In this document: one piece after another, positions 38,543 to 47,204 of the stretch
Layout: each line of letters begins with the position of its first letter
Position numbering within the stretch: position 1 is the stretch's first letter
Source of the DNA: a bacterium
Lineage (GTDB): Bacteria > Bdellovibrionota > UBA2428
Direction: 5' to 3'
Assembly: GCA_009991595.1 (NCBI GenBank)
Contig: JAACVK010000030.1
Location: 11,262 to 75,261, forward strand
Length of the DNA stretch: 64,000 bases
Position numbers and translations under genes: made by a program
The notes under the pieces: model-generated
Told to the model about the DNA's origin: nothing
Database searches by the model: none
Seen by the model: only the letters and a program-made list of their open reading frames with translations

Positions 38543-39855
38543 TACTGCAGAAAGGCTCCGAAAGGGTTTATGCTATCGAGCTGATAAAAGGGATAAGGTC
38601 TACTGCGGCCACTGTTAAATAGCATCTGCACTTCAGCTGCCGATAACTTACGTTGCCAGATCGAATATTCGTCTATATGGGCGCGGACGCTATCGCCACC
38701 ATCCCCAATGGAAAACTTGTTATCACTTGCACTCCCCGGGCTCTCGTCTATATTTTGTGAATCACACAATGTGCCATTTTTATAGGCAATGACTCTAGTT
38801 GAGGAGGCGCCAACCTTCTCAAGAACAAAAGCGTAATGTATCCATTTCGAAGCCTCTAAGCGACACTGCTGAGAAAGATTGACACAAGTAGGAGTGGCTC
38901 CCGCGCACACTCTCACCAGATCGATGGTGGACTCCGTAAAAGTAACAATGAGGCCATTAGAGTTCCAACGATCATAAAAATATTGATTTTGAGTGTTTGG
39001 ATTCAGGTCATAAATCCAACCTGAAATACTCAATTCCCCTGTGGCTTCAATATCCGTATCGTCCCCTGTTGATCCAGTATAATAATAATCAGTAGCACTC
39101 ATGTCCGACGCCAACTTATCTTTGGCATTAGCTGTAAAAGTAATTGTGCCGCTATTTTTACTTAAATCATTACCACCTACAACATCGTTGTGATTTCCAT
39201 TAAACGGATAATAAGCCGTTAGGTGACGGTTCGCATTTTTATCTAACAGCAAAGGCATCGGCTGAAAGGGAAACACAACGTCATCACACTGATGGATGGC
39301 CTTTGCCGGCGAAAAATTCGCTGTAACGTCCACAGCACCTCGGTTCAAATCATCAATGGTGATTTGATCGGAAGACAAAATGTAAGGATAGGAATACTCA
39401 ACATCTTGATAGTCAAAGGTGTATTCTAAACCAACACAATTTTGAGCGGACGATGGCTTTTTAAAGCCCACAATTCGAGCCTTAATTGGAAACCCCGCCG
39501 TGCTGGCAATCATACTCATAGAAGTAGGACTTCCTGGAGTAAAAGAATTAAGGCCTATGTAATCAATTACGCTAAACTTCTCTCCATCCGCTAGCTCACA
39601 GCGCCCAACATTGGGAGCCTTGCTGTATTCAACCATCAGTCCTACGCAATCGATAGCATTAATCGTATTTGGCTCAACTGGAACACTTGAGACATTCAGA
39701 CGGAATGCATCGACTAGATCGAGTCCAAAGGAATCGATGGATGGAACTGTAGCCTCACTATGGATATTAAAACGCAACTCTGGTGTAGAGTTGGGCTCTG
39801 GAGCACATTGGGCAACGATTAAAGCACATAGACAAAGGCAGGCCCATCTAGACAT
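38539..39855 (-). CDS. secreted protein with C-terminal LamG-like (concanavalin A-like lectin) domain
   Basis: Signal/lipoprotein-like N-terminus. C-terminal LamG_3-like motifs (LSISGWIYDL ... WIHYAFVLEK ... NGTLCDS ... FSIGDG ... LSAAEVQMLFNSG). Confidence 0.65.
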   Translation of the reverse strand: MSRWACLCLCALIVAQCAPEPNSTPELRFNIHSEATVPSIDSFGLDLVDAFRLNVSSVPVEPNTINAIDCVGLMVEYSKAPNVGRCELADGEKFSVIDYIGLNSFTPGSPTSMSMIASTAGFPIKARIVGFKKPSSAQNCVGLEYTFDYQDVEYSYPYILSSDQITIDDLNRGAVDVTANFSPAKAIHQCDDVVFPFQPMPLLLDKNANRHLTAYYPFNGNHNDVVGGNDLSKNSGTITFTANAKDKLASDMSATDYYYTGSTGDDTDIEATGELSISGWIYDLNPNTQNQYFYDRWNSNGLIVTFTESTIDLVRVCAGATPTCVNLSQQCRLEASKWIHYAFVLEKVGASSTRVIAYKNGTLCDSQNIDESPGSASDNKFSIGDGGDSVRAHIDEYSIWQRKLSAAEVQMLFNSGRSRPYPFYQLDSINPFGAFLQY

Positions 39856-39928
39856 AGACTTAAGCTTAGCAAAACCCCTTTATGGACTAAGAGTCAGAAC
39901 TTTGGCAAAGACAGTAACTTTGTAAAAA

Positions 39929-42900
39929 CTAGTAGATGCTTTCGGCCTTTAGACAGCCGGGAACATTTGTAATCCGATTGATTTGTTCAACCAAGCCTTT
40001 GTTTGGTTGAACGGTGAAACTCTTGCCTACATTCAGCGCGGTTTCAAAAACTCCCGCCTTGTAGAGCGTCATCTCAACTGGAATAGGTCCTGCATGTTTC
40101 TTAAGGAGCACAGCCAAGTCTTGGTAAACACGATTGACAACTCCAGCCTCCTCCATTCGATCGATGCTAAATTTAATTTTAATTTTCTTAGGCCAATTCT
40201 CTTCTATGTCTCTTAAGTATTGCATGGAGAGGTTATTGTTAACTTTAATCTCACCGGCAAGCAGCTTTGGCTTGTCTTCTTCGAAATCAAGATTAGCTTG
40301 AACCAAGAGAGGTTCCTTCGAGCGAAAGAGCTCCGCAAACTCTTTAAAGTGATCGGGAAAACTGACAATTTCGATCTGGCCACTTTGATCTTCTAGCCTA
40401 GCCACAGCCATCATCTCGCCCACCCGACGGCCACGCTTTACACGAAGCTCTCGTAACTCTGAAACCATTGCGGCAATGGTCACGGGAGTTTTAGGCGCTA
40501 ATTCTGCCAAACTAAAAATGGGACGAGCTCCACTTAAAACAATTTTTTCTTCATAGGCATCTAACGGAGAGGCACTTAAGTAAATTCCTAAAAGTTGCTT
40601 TTCCCAGTCGAGCATCTGTCTTTGTTCGGGGAAGATGCCATCTTGATACTGAGGGCGTCCTGCAGAGTTACCAGGTCCTGAGAGATCTTCGCCAAACAAA
40701 GAAAACTGACCGCTTTCTTTTCGAGCAGCTTCTTTAGAGGCCCACTCAAGTGCCGACTCCAAAGAATTCAAATAACGTCCTCGTATGGTCGCCGGAGGTA
40801 AATCTTCTAAACTATCGAAAGCACCACACTGAATGAGAGCCTCCAACATGCGTTTATTGGTTCTCCTTACATCCACCACAGAAAGAAAGTGAAAGAGGTC
40901 TTCAAATTTGTCGACCGTCTTTCGGGCTTCCAAAATAGCATCCACCGCAGAAGAACCCACGTTCTTAACAGCATTCAAGCCAAAACGAACATTCTGGTCG
41001 TCAATCTTAGTGAAATCCTTCTGACTCTCGTTTACATCAGGAGGCAAAATCTTCAAGCCGCGTTTCTTGGCGTCCATGATGTAGCGAGCCAGTTTGTCGG
41101 TGTTTTCTTTTTCAATGGTAAGTAGTGCCGCAAAAAACTCAGCCGGATACTTCGCTTTTATGAAAGCGCTTTGCACGGCAAGCTTTGCGTAAGCTGCAGC
41201 GTGCGATTTATTAAAACCATAGCCTGCAAACTTGGCAATCAAATCAAAAAGCTCAGAAGCTTTAACAGGGTCTCTGCCCGCTTTTTCGGCGCCATCCACA
41301 AACAGTCCGCGTTGAGCGTCCATTTCTGCAGCAATTTTCTTCCCCATCGCTCGACGTAAAAGATCGGCTCCACCAAGTGTGTAACCACCCACCTGTCGGG
41401 CAATTTCCATGACTTGCTCTTGATAGAGAATCACTCCGTAGGTTTCTCTTAAGATGGGCTCCATCTCAGGAAAAGGCACCGTTACTTTTTCGCGACCATG
41501 CTTACGGTTGATGTAGTCATCGACCATTCCACTTTCGAGTGGACCAGGTCTAAACAAGGCGTTAATCGCAGCAATGTCTTCAAAACAATCGGGCTTGATG
41601 CGCGTGCACAAGCCCTGCATGCCGCCACTCTCAAGCTGAAACACCCCCAATGTGTCGCCCTGAGAAATCAATTCATAAATGGCAGGATCATCGGTTGGAA
41701 TATTGTAATACTGTAAATCCGCCGTATCTTCTTCGCCGCGAGCGCGCACATGACGACAAGCTAAATCAAGAAGGTCGAGCGTAACCAAGCCCAAAAAGTC
41801 GAACTTCACTAAGCCCGCTTCTTCGCTCATTTTCATATCCCACTGTGTAATTTGATTCCCATTCACATCGCGAGACATGGGCGCTAAGTCGGCAATCGGT
41901 TTACCAGAGATAATAACTCCAGCCGCATGCACTCCCGCTTGGCGCAATCCGCCTTCAAGGCTCTTCGCTAAATCGATAACCTGCTTAATACGTGGATCGG
42001 TTTTATAAAGATCTTGAAGCTCTTCAACGTCGTCCATGGCCTCCGTAAGAGTCATGGGTCTGGCTTGAATGGAAGGAATCAACTTAGTGAGCCGGTTTGT
42101 TTCCGCAAAACTAAAACCTAAAACTCGCCCCACATCTTTGATGGCGTTTTTACTTTGCTCTTTAGCAAAAGTTACAATTTGACAAACTTGAGCTTGACCG
42201 TATTTCTTGGCCACATATTGAATCACTTCATGACGCCTGGCCTGACAAAAATCGATGTCAAAATCCGGCATAGAAACACGCTCCGGATTTAAGAAACGCT
42301 CAAAGACCAAACCATTTGCGATTGGATCAAGATCCACAATGTCCAAAGCCCATGCAGCTAAGGATCCTGCTCCAGAACCTCGCCCTGGTCCCACTGGAAT
42401 GTTATTTGACTTTGCCCATCGAATAAAATCCGATACGATCAAAAAATATCCCGCAAAGCCCATTGCGTTGATGATTTCAATCTCACGATTAAGACGATTC
42501 TTATATATGTCTTGATCTTCTTCACTGCTAATGTTGTGTCGGCGAAAACGCTCTTCTAAACCTTCTTTGCTCAAGCGATCAAAGCATTCTTCTTGAGGTT
42601 CATCTCCAGAAGAGAAGGTCGGTAGGTGATAGATTCGATTTCCCTCTTCGTCCTTGAACTTAAGCTTTACATTACAGCGCTCTGCGATCGCCACCGTGTT
42701 GGAAAGAGCTTCAGGAAAATGAGAGAAAGCCTCTTGCATTTCTTCAGGCGACTTTAAGTAGAAGTCGGTAGAAACTAAATTAGATCTTGGATTGGATTCT
42801 AAGTTGAGCTTTTGCGCAACCATCATCCAAACTTCTTGAGCAAATGCTTCGCGAGCTTCCAAGTAATGCACATCACAAGTGGCCACACAGCCTAGACCGT

Positions 42901-43486
42901 GTTTTTTAGCCAAGGACATCAAGCGCTCATTGGCTCGTTCTTGAACCGTCAACTGAGTCGCTTGTAACTCCAAAAAGAAATTCTCGCCGTATAGCTTTTG
43001 AAAGGCCACTAAAGACTCTAGAGCCAATCGTTCTTGATCTTGCGCAATGAACGAAGTCACAACTCCTTTAAGCCCACCACTAAGAGCGATGAGGCCCTCT
43101 CTATGTTCTTCCAACGCCTCGAAAGGAACCCGCGGAAGCAAGCCTTCACTTTCTGAATAGCCGTATTCGACATGGGCCTTAGTCACCAGCTGGCTCAGAT
43201 TATGAAAGCCCGTGTTGTTCTCCGCCAATAAAACCAAGTGGCGAAGCTGCTCTCCACCTTGAGGCACAATGATTCCCAGCTCAACGCCATAAATGGGCTT
43301 CACTCGCCCTTCGGCGTGTGATTTGGCAGCCTTCATAAAATGAAGGGCTCCATACATATTGGCCCAATCGGTGAGCGCAACAGCATTCATTCCCAGCTCA
43401 TCCACTCGCTGGATAAGGGGATCGACTTTCAATAAACTCGAAGATAACGAGTATTGGCTGTGGACGTGAAGGTGAACAAAACTCAC
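39929..43486 (-). CDS. dnaE: DNA polymerase III alpha subunit
   Basis: PHP domain at the N-terminus (FVHLHVHSQYS), polymerase core, OB fold. 1185 aa, GTG start. Confidence 0.95.
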   Translation of the reverse strand: MSFVHLHVHSQYSLSSSLLKVDPLIQRVDELGMNAVALTDWANMYGALHFMKAAKSHAEGRVKPIYGVELGIIVPQGGEQLRHLVLLAENNTGFHNLSQLVTKAHVEYGYSESEGLLPRVPFEALEEHREGLIALSGGLKGVVTSFIAQDQERLALESLVAFQKLYGENFFLELQATQLTVQERANERLMSLAKKHGLGCVATCDVHYLEAREAFAQEVWMMVAQKLNLESNPRSNLVSTDFYLKSPEEMQEAFSHFPEALSNTVAIAERCNVKLKFKDEEGNRIYHLPTFSSGDEPQEECFDRLSKEGLEERFRRHNISSEEDQDIYKNRLNREIEIINAMGFAGYFLIVSDFIRWAKSNNIPVGPGRGSGAGSLAAWALDIVDLDPIANGLVFERFLNPERVSMPDFDIDFCQARRHEVIQYVAKKYGQAQVCQIVTFAKEQSKNAIKDVGRVLGFSFAETNRLTKLIPSIQARPMTLTEAMDDVEELQDLYKTDPRIKQVIDLAKSLEGGLRQAGVHAAGVIISGKPIADLAPMSRDVNGNQITQWDMKMSEEAGLVKFDFLGLVTLDLLDLACRHVRARGEEDTADLQYYNIPTDDPAIYELISQGDTLGVFQLESGGMQGLCTRIKPDCFEDIAAINALFRPGPLESGMVDDYINRKHGREKVTVPFPEMEPILRETYGVILYQEQVMEIARQVGGYTLGGADLLRRAMGKKIAAEMDAQRGLFVDGAEKAGRDPVKASELFDLIAKFAGYGFNKSHAAAYAKLAVQSAFIKAKYPAEFFAALLTIEKENTDKLARYIMDAKKRGLKILPPDVNESQKDFTKIDDQNVRFGLNAVKNVGSSAVDAILEARKTVDKFEDLFHFLSVVDVRRTNKRMLEALIQCGAFDSLEDLPPATIRGRYLNSLESALEWASKEAARKESGQFSLFGEDLSGPGNSAGRPQYQDGIFPEQRQMLDWEKQLLGIYLSASPLDAYEEKIVLSGARPIFSLAELAPKTPVTIAAMVSELRELRVKRGRRVGEMMAVARLEDQSGQIEIVSFPDHFKEFAELFRSKEPLLVQANLDFEEDKPKLLAGEIKVNNNLSMQYLRDIEENWPKKIKIKFSIDRMEEAGVVNRVYQDLAVLLKKHAGPIPVEMTLYKAGVFETALNVGKSFTVQPNKGLVEQINRITNVPGCLKAESIY

Positions 43487-43706
43487 CCCCTAGATTTCGA
43501 CTTTTAATGGCTAACAGTCAAGGCAGCTAAGAGATAAATTCAATCGTTGAACGCTTCAAGAACAAGCTATAAACACTCGTTATTTCTTAGTTATTTGAAT
43601 CGACCTGAAACAGATGTTGGCAGTGAGAAAAGCCAAACTCGAGTGCACCCCAAAGGCTTTTGGGTAAAATCCTTGTTTTTATACTCGAATCCATTACCAT
43701 CTTTAT

Positions 43707-44225
43707 ATGCAACCAATGAACCGAATCATTGTAGTCGATGACGAGTCTGACATCCTTGATATTTTAAGAGAGAATTTAGAAAGACCTAACTTAGACGTTC
43801 TAACGGCACAAAGCGGAAAAGAAGCCCTTAAACTCCTAAAGATGGCTCCTATCGATATCGTTATTTCCGACGTGATGATGCCTGAAATGTCTGGACTAGA
43901 GTTGGCTGAAAAAATTACAGAACAACAAGGAAGAGCACCTTATCTAATCTATATTACTGCTTCCTCGATTCCACCAAAAGACCTTTATGCGGCTGGAGCC
44001 GATGCGTGCCTTCCGAAACCCATCGACCTAGACCTACTGGCCTCCATGGTTGAACATTTTATTAAACGCAACAAGCAAAGCCACATTTTGGCTTATGGAT
44101 CAAGATCAGACCAAGAGCACTTGGAACACATCATCGTTCAAGCTCAATCGATCCTTCAACTAGAGGAAAGCAAAACTGCTGCTGAAAATATTTTAAAACG
44201 CGCCTACTTGATGAAGAAAACTTAG
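43707..44225 (+). CDS. single-domain response regulator (CheY-like receiver with short C-terminal extension)
   Basis: Receiver motifs IIVVDDESDIL, phospho-acceptor context IVISDVMMP, conserved Lys region (YLIYITAS). 172 aa with no output domain. Confidence 0.8.
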   Translation: MQPMNRIIVVDDESDILDILRENLERPNLDVLTAQSGKEALKLLKMAPIDIVISDVMMPEMSGLELAEKITEQQGRAPYLIYITASSIPPKDLYAAGADACLPKPIDLDLLASMVEHFIKRNKQSHILAYGSRSDQEHLEHIIVQAQSILQLEESKTAAENILKRAYLMKKT

Positions 44226-44303
44226 CCAGGAAACTGACGTCGCAAAGCGTTATCACCGGCGCAAAAAATTCAATTTTAAGGGCAAAAGCTCCGAAGAAGT
44301 CTC

Positions 44304-46298
44304 ATGAGTCAAGCTCTTCCCAAAACCTCAAAAAGTTCTTTCGGGGCAGAGCTCCTCGACCACACTTTAATTTTCGGATCTCTAGATGCCGCCTTGAAAG
44401 AGCAAATTTTTCAACTATCCGTTGAGAAAAACGTTCCCGCCGGACAAGTCATTTTCAACCAGGGCGCACCCGCTGATGGTGTTTACATCGTTGCTACCGG
44501 CAAAGTATCTATACTTTCTCAGAACAAAGATCTGGGACTTTCTCTAGAAATTGCTGTCTTAGGTCCAGGCGAAGTGTTTGGAGAAATGGCACTCATCACC
44601 GGAGAAGTCAGAGGAGCTGCCTCCAGAGCGCGAGAAGATTCAAAACTATTCTTCCTCTCCAAAGAAACTTTTGACAAACTGACAACCAAACTTCCATCAG
44701 TCTCTATGGGAATTGCTCAAACATTGGCACGAAGACTCCAAACAAAAAATCAGAAGCAATCGGTTGAATACAAGAATCTCTCTTCATTCACCTTTGATTC
44801 CGAGATTTATGAGCTGGTTCCTGATCTAGTGCTTCGCAAACACAAAGCGATTCCCCTGCTTCTTGATGGAAATCTCCTAACGGTGGCGATGGTCACCCCA
44901 GAAGACAGCATTGCTCGAGACGAGATAATGCGAGGCCTTAGACGACTCCATCTCCACCCAGTTGCCGTTAGCGAGTCGGACTACCAAAATTTTATTTCAA
45001 ATCACTTGGGGAAACTTCGCTCCGTAAAACCTAATGTCTCTTTAAAACGCACAGTCGTAGACCCAAGCAAAGTAGAACTCATTAACATCACCGAAGACTT
45101 CAACAAAACAAAAGTTGTTTCGGGCGAAGATGTCATTCGACTTTTAAACACACTCATCGCAGAAGCCTTGAGCAACAATGCCAGCGACATTCACATCGAA
45201 GCAGGCTTAAAGGGATTGACCGTTCGATATCGTGTCGACGGAATCCTTCACGAAAGACAGAACTACGTTCCTGGAGAATATGCCGCCCCAATGATTTCTC
45301 GCTTAAAGGTGTTGGCTCGATTAGATCCGACTGAAAAGCTAAAACCTCAAGATGGTCGAATTAGCATGCAATATGAAAAAAAGGATTACGACTTACGAGT
45401 TGCCACAATTCCTGTTCGGCGTGGTGAACGTGTGACCATGCGTATCTTAGATTCTGACTCAAGCCTCCTAAACCTCAATCAACTTCTTCTAGTTCCACAA
45501 GTAGTAAAGCTCGTAGAACAAATGTCCTTCAAACCACAAGGTTTAGTTTTAGTTACAGGACCGACAGGATCAGGAAAAACAACGAGCATGTATTCGCTCT
45601 TAAAGGCCCGAATTGAGCACGATGGCGCTAAGATATCTGTGGCCACCATTGAAGACCCTATTGAATATTCTATCAAAGGGATCTCGCAAACTGAGGTCAA
45701 TCATGTGCACGGCCTCAATTTTAGCATAGCCCTCAAATCTCTTTTAAGACATGATCCAGATGTCATTATGGTGGGAGAAACCCGAGATGCAGAAACGGCT
45801 CAAACCGTTTGCCAAGCTGCATTGACCGGCCACTCGGTCATCACGAGCATGCATACAAACAGTGCGATCGAATCTATTTTACGGCTTGAAGACCTAGGCG
45901 TCGAAAAAGCCATGGTGGTATCAGCCCTCAACGGTGTCATTGCTCAGCGCTTAGTCCGACGCAATTGCACAAGCTGTTCGCGTCCCAGCAAACTTTCTGC
46001 CAACCTTAGACAAAGCCTGGTCGACAGCTCACTTTTAAAAGAAAATGATGACTTCCCCGTTCAGCAGGGCGAAGGCTGTCGAGCATGCAATGGAACAGGT
46101 TTTCAAGGACGAATGGGTGTCTATGAAATTCTGCCGATGAGCGAAAGTCTAAAAGACGTCATTACAAGAAGTTCTTCTAGAAAAGAGATTCAACAGGAGG
46201 CCTTGCGAAGCAATATGGTTACTATGAAAAGCTACGCCTACTTCCTTTTAAGAAAAGGTCTCACTAGCCCAAGCGAGTTACTTCGCCTGATCTCCTAG
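44304..46298 (+). CDS. cyclic-nucleotide-binding domain fused to a GspE/PilB-type type II/IV secretion ATPase
   Basis: N-terminal CAP/cNMP-binding fold with phosphate-binding-cassette-like GEVFGEMALITGEVRGAASRA. GspE-N/T2SSE_N-like segment at ~160-230. Walker A GPTGSGKTT, Asp/His boxes, and a C-terminal tetracysteine (CTSCS...CRACNG) typical of GspE/PilB. Confidence 0.85.
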   Translation: MSQALPKTSKSSFGAELLDHTLIFGSLDAALKEQIFQLSVEKNVPAGQVIFNQGAPADGVYIVATGKVSILSQNKDLGLSLEIAVLGPGEVFGEMALITGEVRGAASRAREDSKLFFLSKETFDKLTTKLPSVSMGIAQTLARRLQTKNQKQSVEYKNLSSFTFDSEIYELVPDLVLRKHKAIPLLLDGNLLTVAMVTPEDSIARDEIMRGLRRLHLHPVAVSESDYQNFISNHLGKLRSVKPNVSLKRTVVDPSKVELINITEDFNKTKVVSGEDVIRLLNTLIAEALSNNASDIHIEAGLKGLTVRYRVDGILHERQNYVPGEYAAPMISRLKVLARLDPTEKLKPQDGRISMQYEKKDYDLRVATIPVRRGERVTMRILDSDSSLLNLNQLLLVPQVVKLVEQMSFKPQGLVLVTGPTGSGKTTSMYSLLKARIEHDGAKISVATIEDPIEYSIKGISQTEVNHVHGLNFSIALKSLLRHDPDVIMVGETRDAETAQTVCQAALTGHSVITSMHTNSAIESILRLEDLGVEKAMVVSALNGVIAQRLVRRNCTSCSRPSKLSANLRQSLVDSSLLKENDDFPVQQGEGCRACNGTGFQGRMGVYEILPMSESLKDVITRSSSRKEIQQEALRSNMVTMKSYAYFLLRKGLTSPSELLRLIS

Positions 46299-47191
46299 TT
46301 GCCCAATCTTCTACCTTGATTGGGTTGAACTCCTTTTAGAATAATTGCACTGCATTTCGCATTTAAATTGATACCAAAATTGGCGAGACCTACAAAAACC
46401 TTTTGGCTATGTCGGTTGGTCGTTATGAACTTCAGAGCCTGTTTTCTTTCTGAAGGCTTTAACTCGATATCTGCCAAACTCTTAGGCAAAAGGTGATCTG
46501 CAAAAAACCCTTTTCTGGCATCGTTCCAAAAATAGGTGTTACCGCTCAAATGTCTGCCTATTCTTGCAACAAAATCTCGATCAGAAGCTAAATGAAAATA
46601 TGAAATGGAATCAAGAATACTCGGATCTAATCTAAAATTAGAGCGACTGTGTTCCAACCAATCCAAGGGACCAATTCCATTGAAAGTAACCGCCTTAATC
46701 TCTTTTAAGGAGGACTGTTTGGATAGCTTTTCTTGAAGCTCATATGCAAAAACTTCTGCCAGTCCACCACCACTACTATGACCGGTGACAAGAACCTTCG
46801 TTCCATCGAAATCAGTGGCGGTAATTTTGGCGAAGACCGTTTCCAAAAGGTTTTTATATTCGCTGCTAGCATATTGAGGGTAATTCAAGCCAATATCTGA
46901 GAACATTGCGCCCAAGGAATAGGTTCCTCGAAAGGCAACAGTTAACTCTCTTTCACTAGTCAAGCCAGACTCGGAGACAATGGCGTGGAGCCCGGTGTGG
47001 GCGTCTTGAAACAACTGCCCTCTTCTAGATGACCTTCTCAAAGCGTAGGATTCCGTCGAAGCTCTCAAGGCACGATCCAAAACATCAAAATTCAAAAGCT
47101 CATTGCTAGCAATGCAGGGCACAGTATTGAGAACCGAAAGACAAACCAGCAACCCTAGAAACCAATCTCTCCTTCCCTTCGCTGCAAGCAT
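46295..47191 (-). CDS. secreted class 3 (fungal-type) lipase / alpha-beta hydrolase
   Basis: Signal peptide. Nucleophile elbow VTGHSSGGGLA (GHSxG) in a lipase_3-like context. Confidence 0.7.
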   Translation of the reverse strand: MLAAKGRRDWFLGLLVCLSVLNTVPCIASNELLNFDVLDRALRASTESYALRRSSRRGQLFQDAHTGLHAIVSESGLTSERELTVAFRGTYSLGAMFSDIGLNYPQYASSEYKNLLETVFAKITATDFDGTKVLVTGHSSGGGLAEVFAYELQEKLSKQSSLKEIKAVTFNGIGPLDWLEHSRSNFRLDPSILDSISYFHLASDRDFVARIGRHLSGNTYFWNDARKGFFADHLLPKSLADIELKPSERKQALKFITTNRHSQKVFVGLANFGINLNAKCSAIILKGVQPNQGRRLGN

Positions 47192-47204
47192 TCAAATGAA
47201 TCGA

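Noticed and set aside
43640-43675. Hairpin CCCAAAGGCTTTTGGG in the dnaE / response-regulator intergenic region, as a possible terminator
   Set aside because: The stem is short and AT-rich, with no adjacent U-tract on either strand. It more likely reflects chance or a promoter-region structure.
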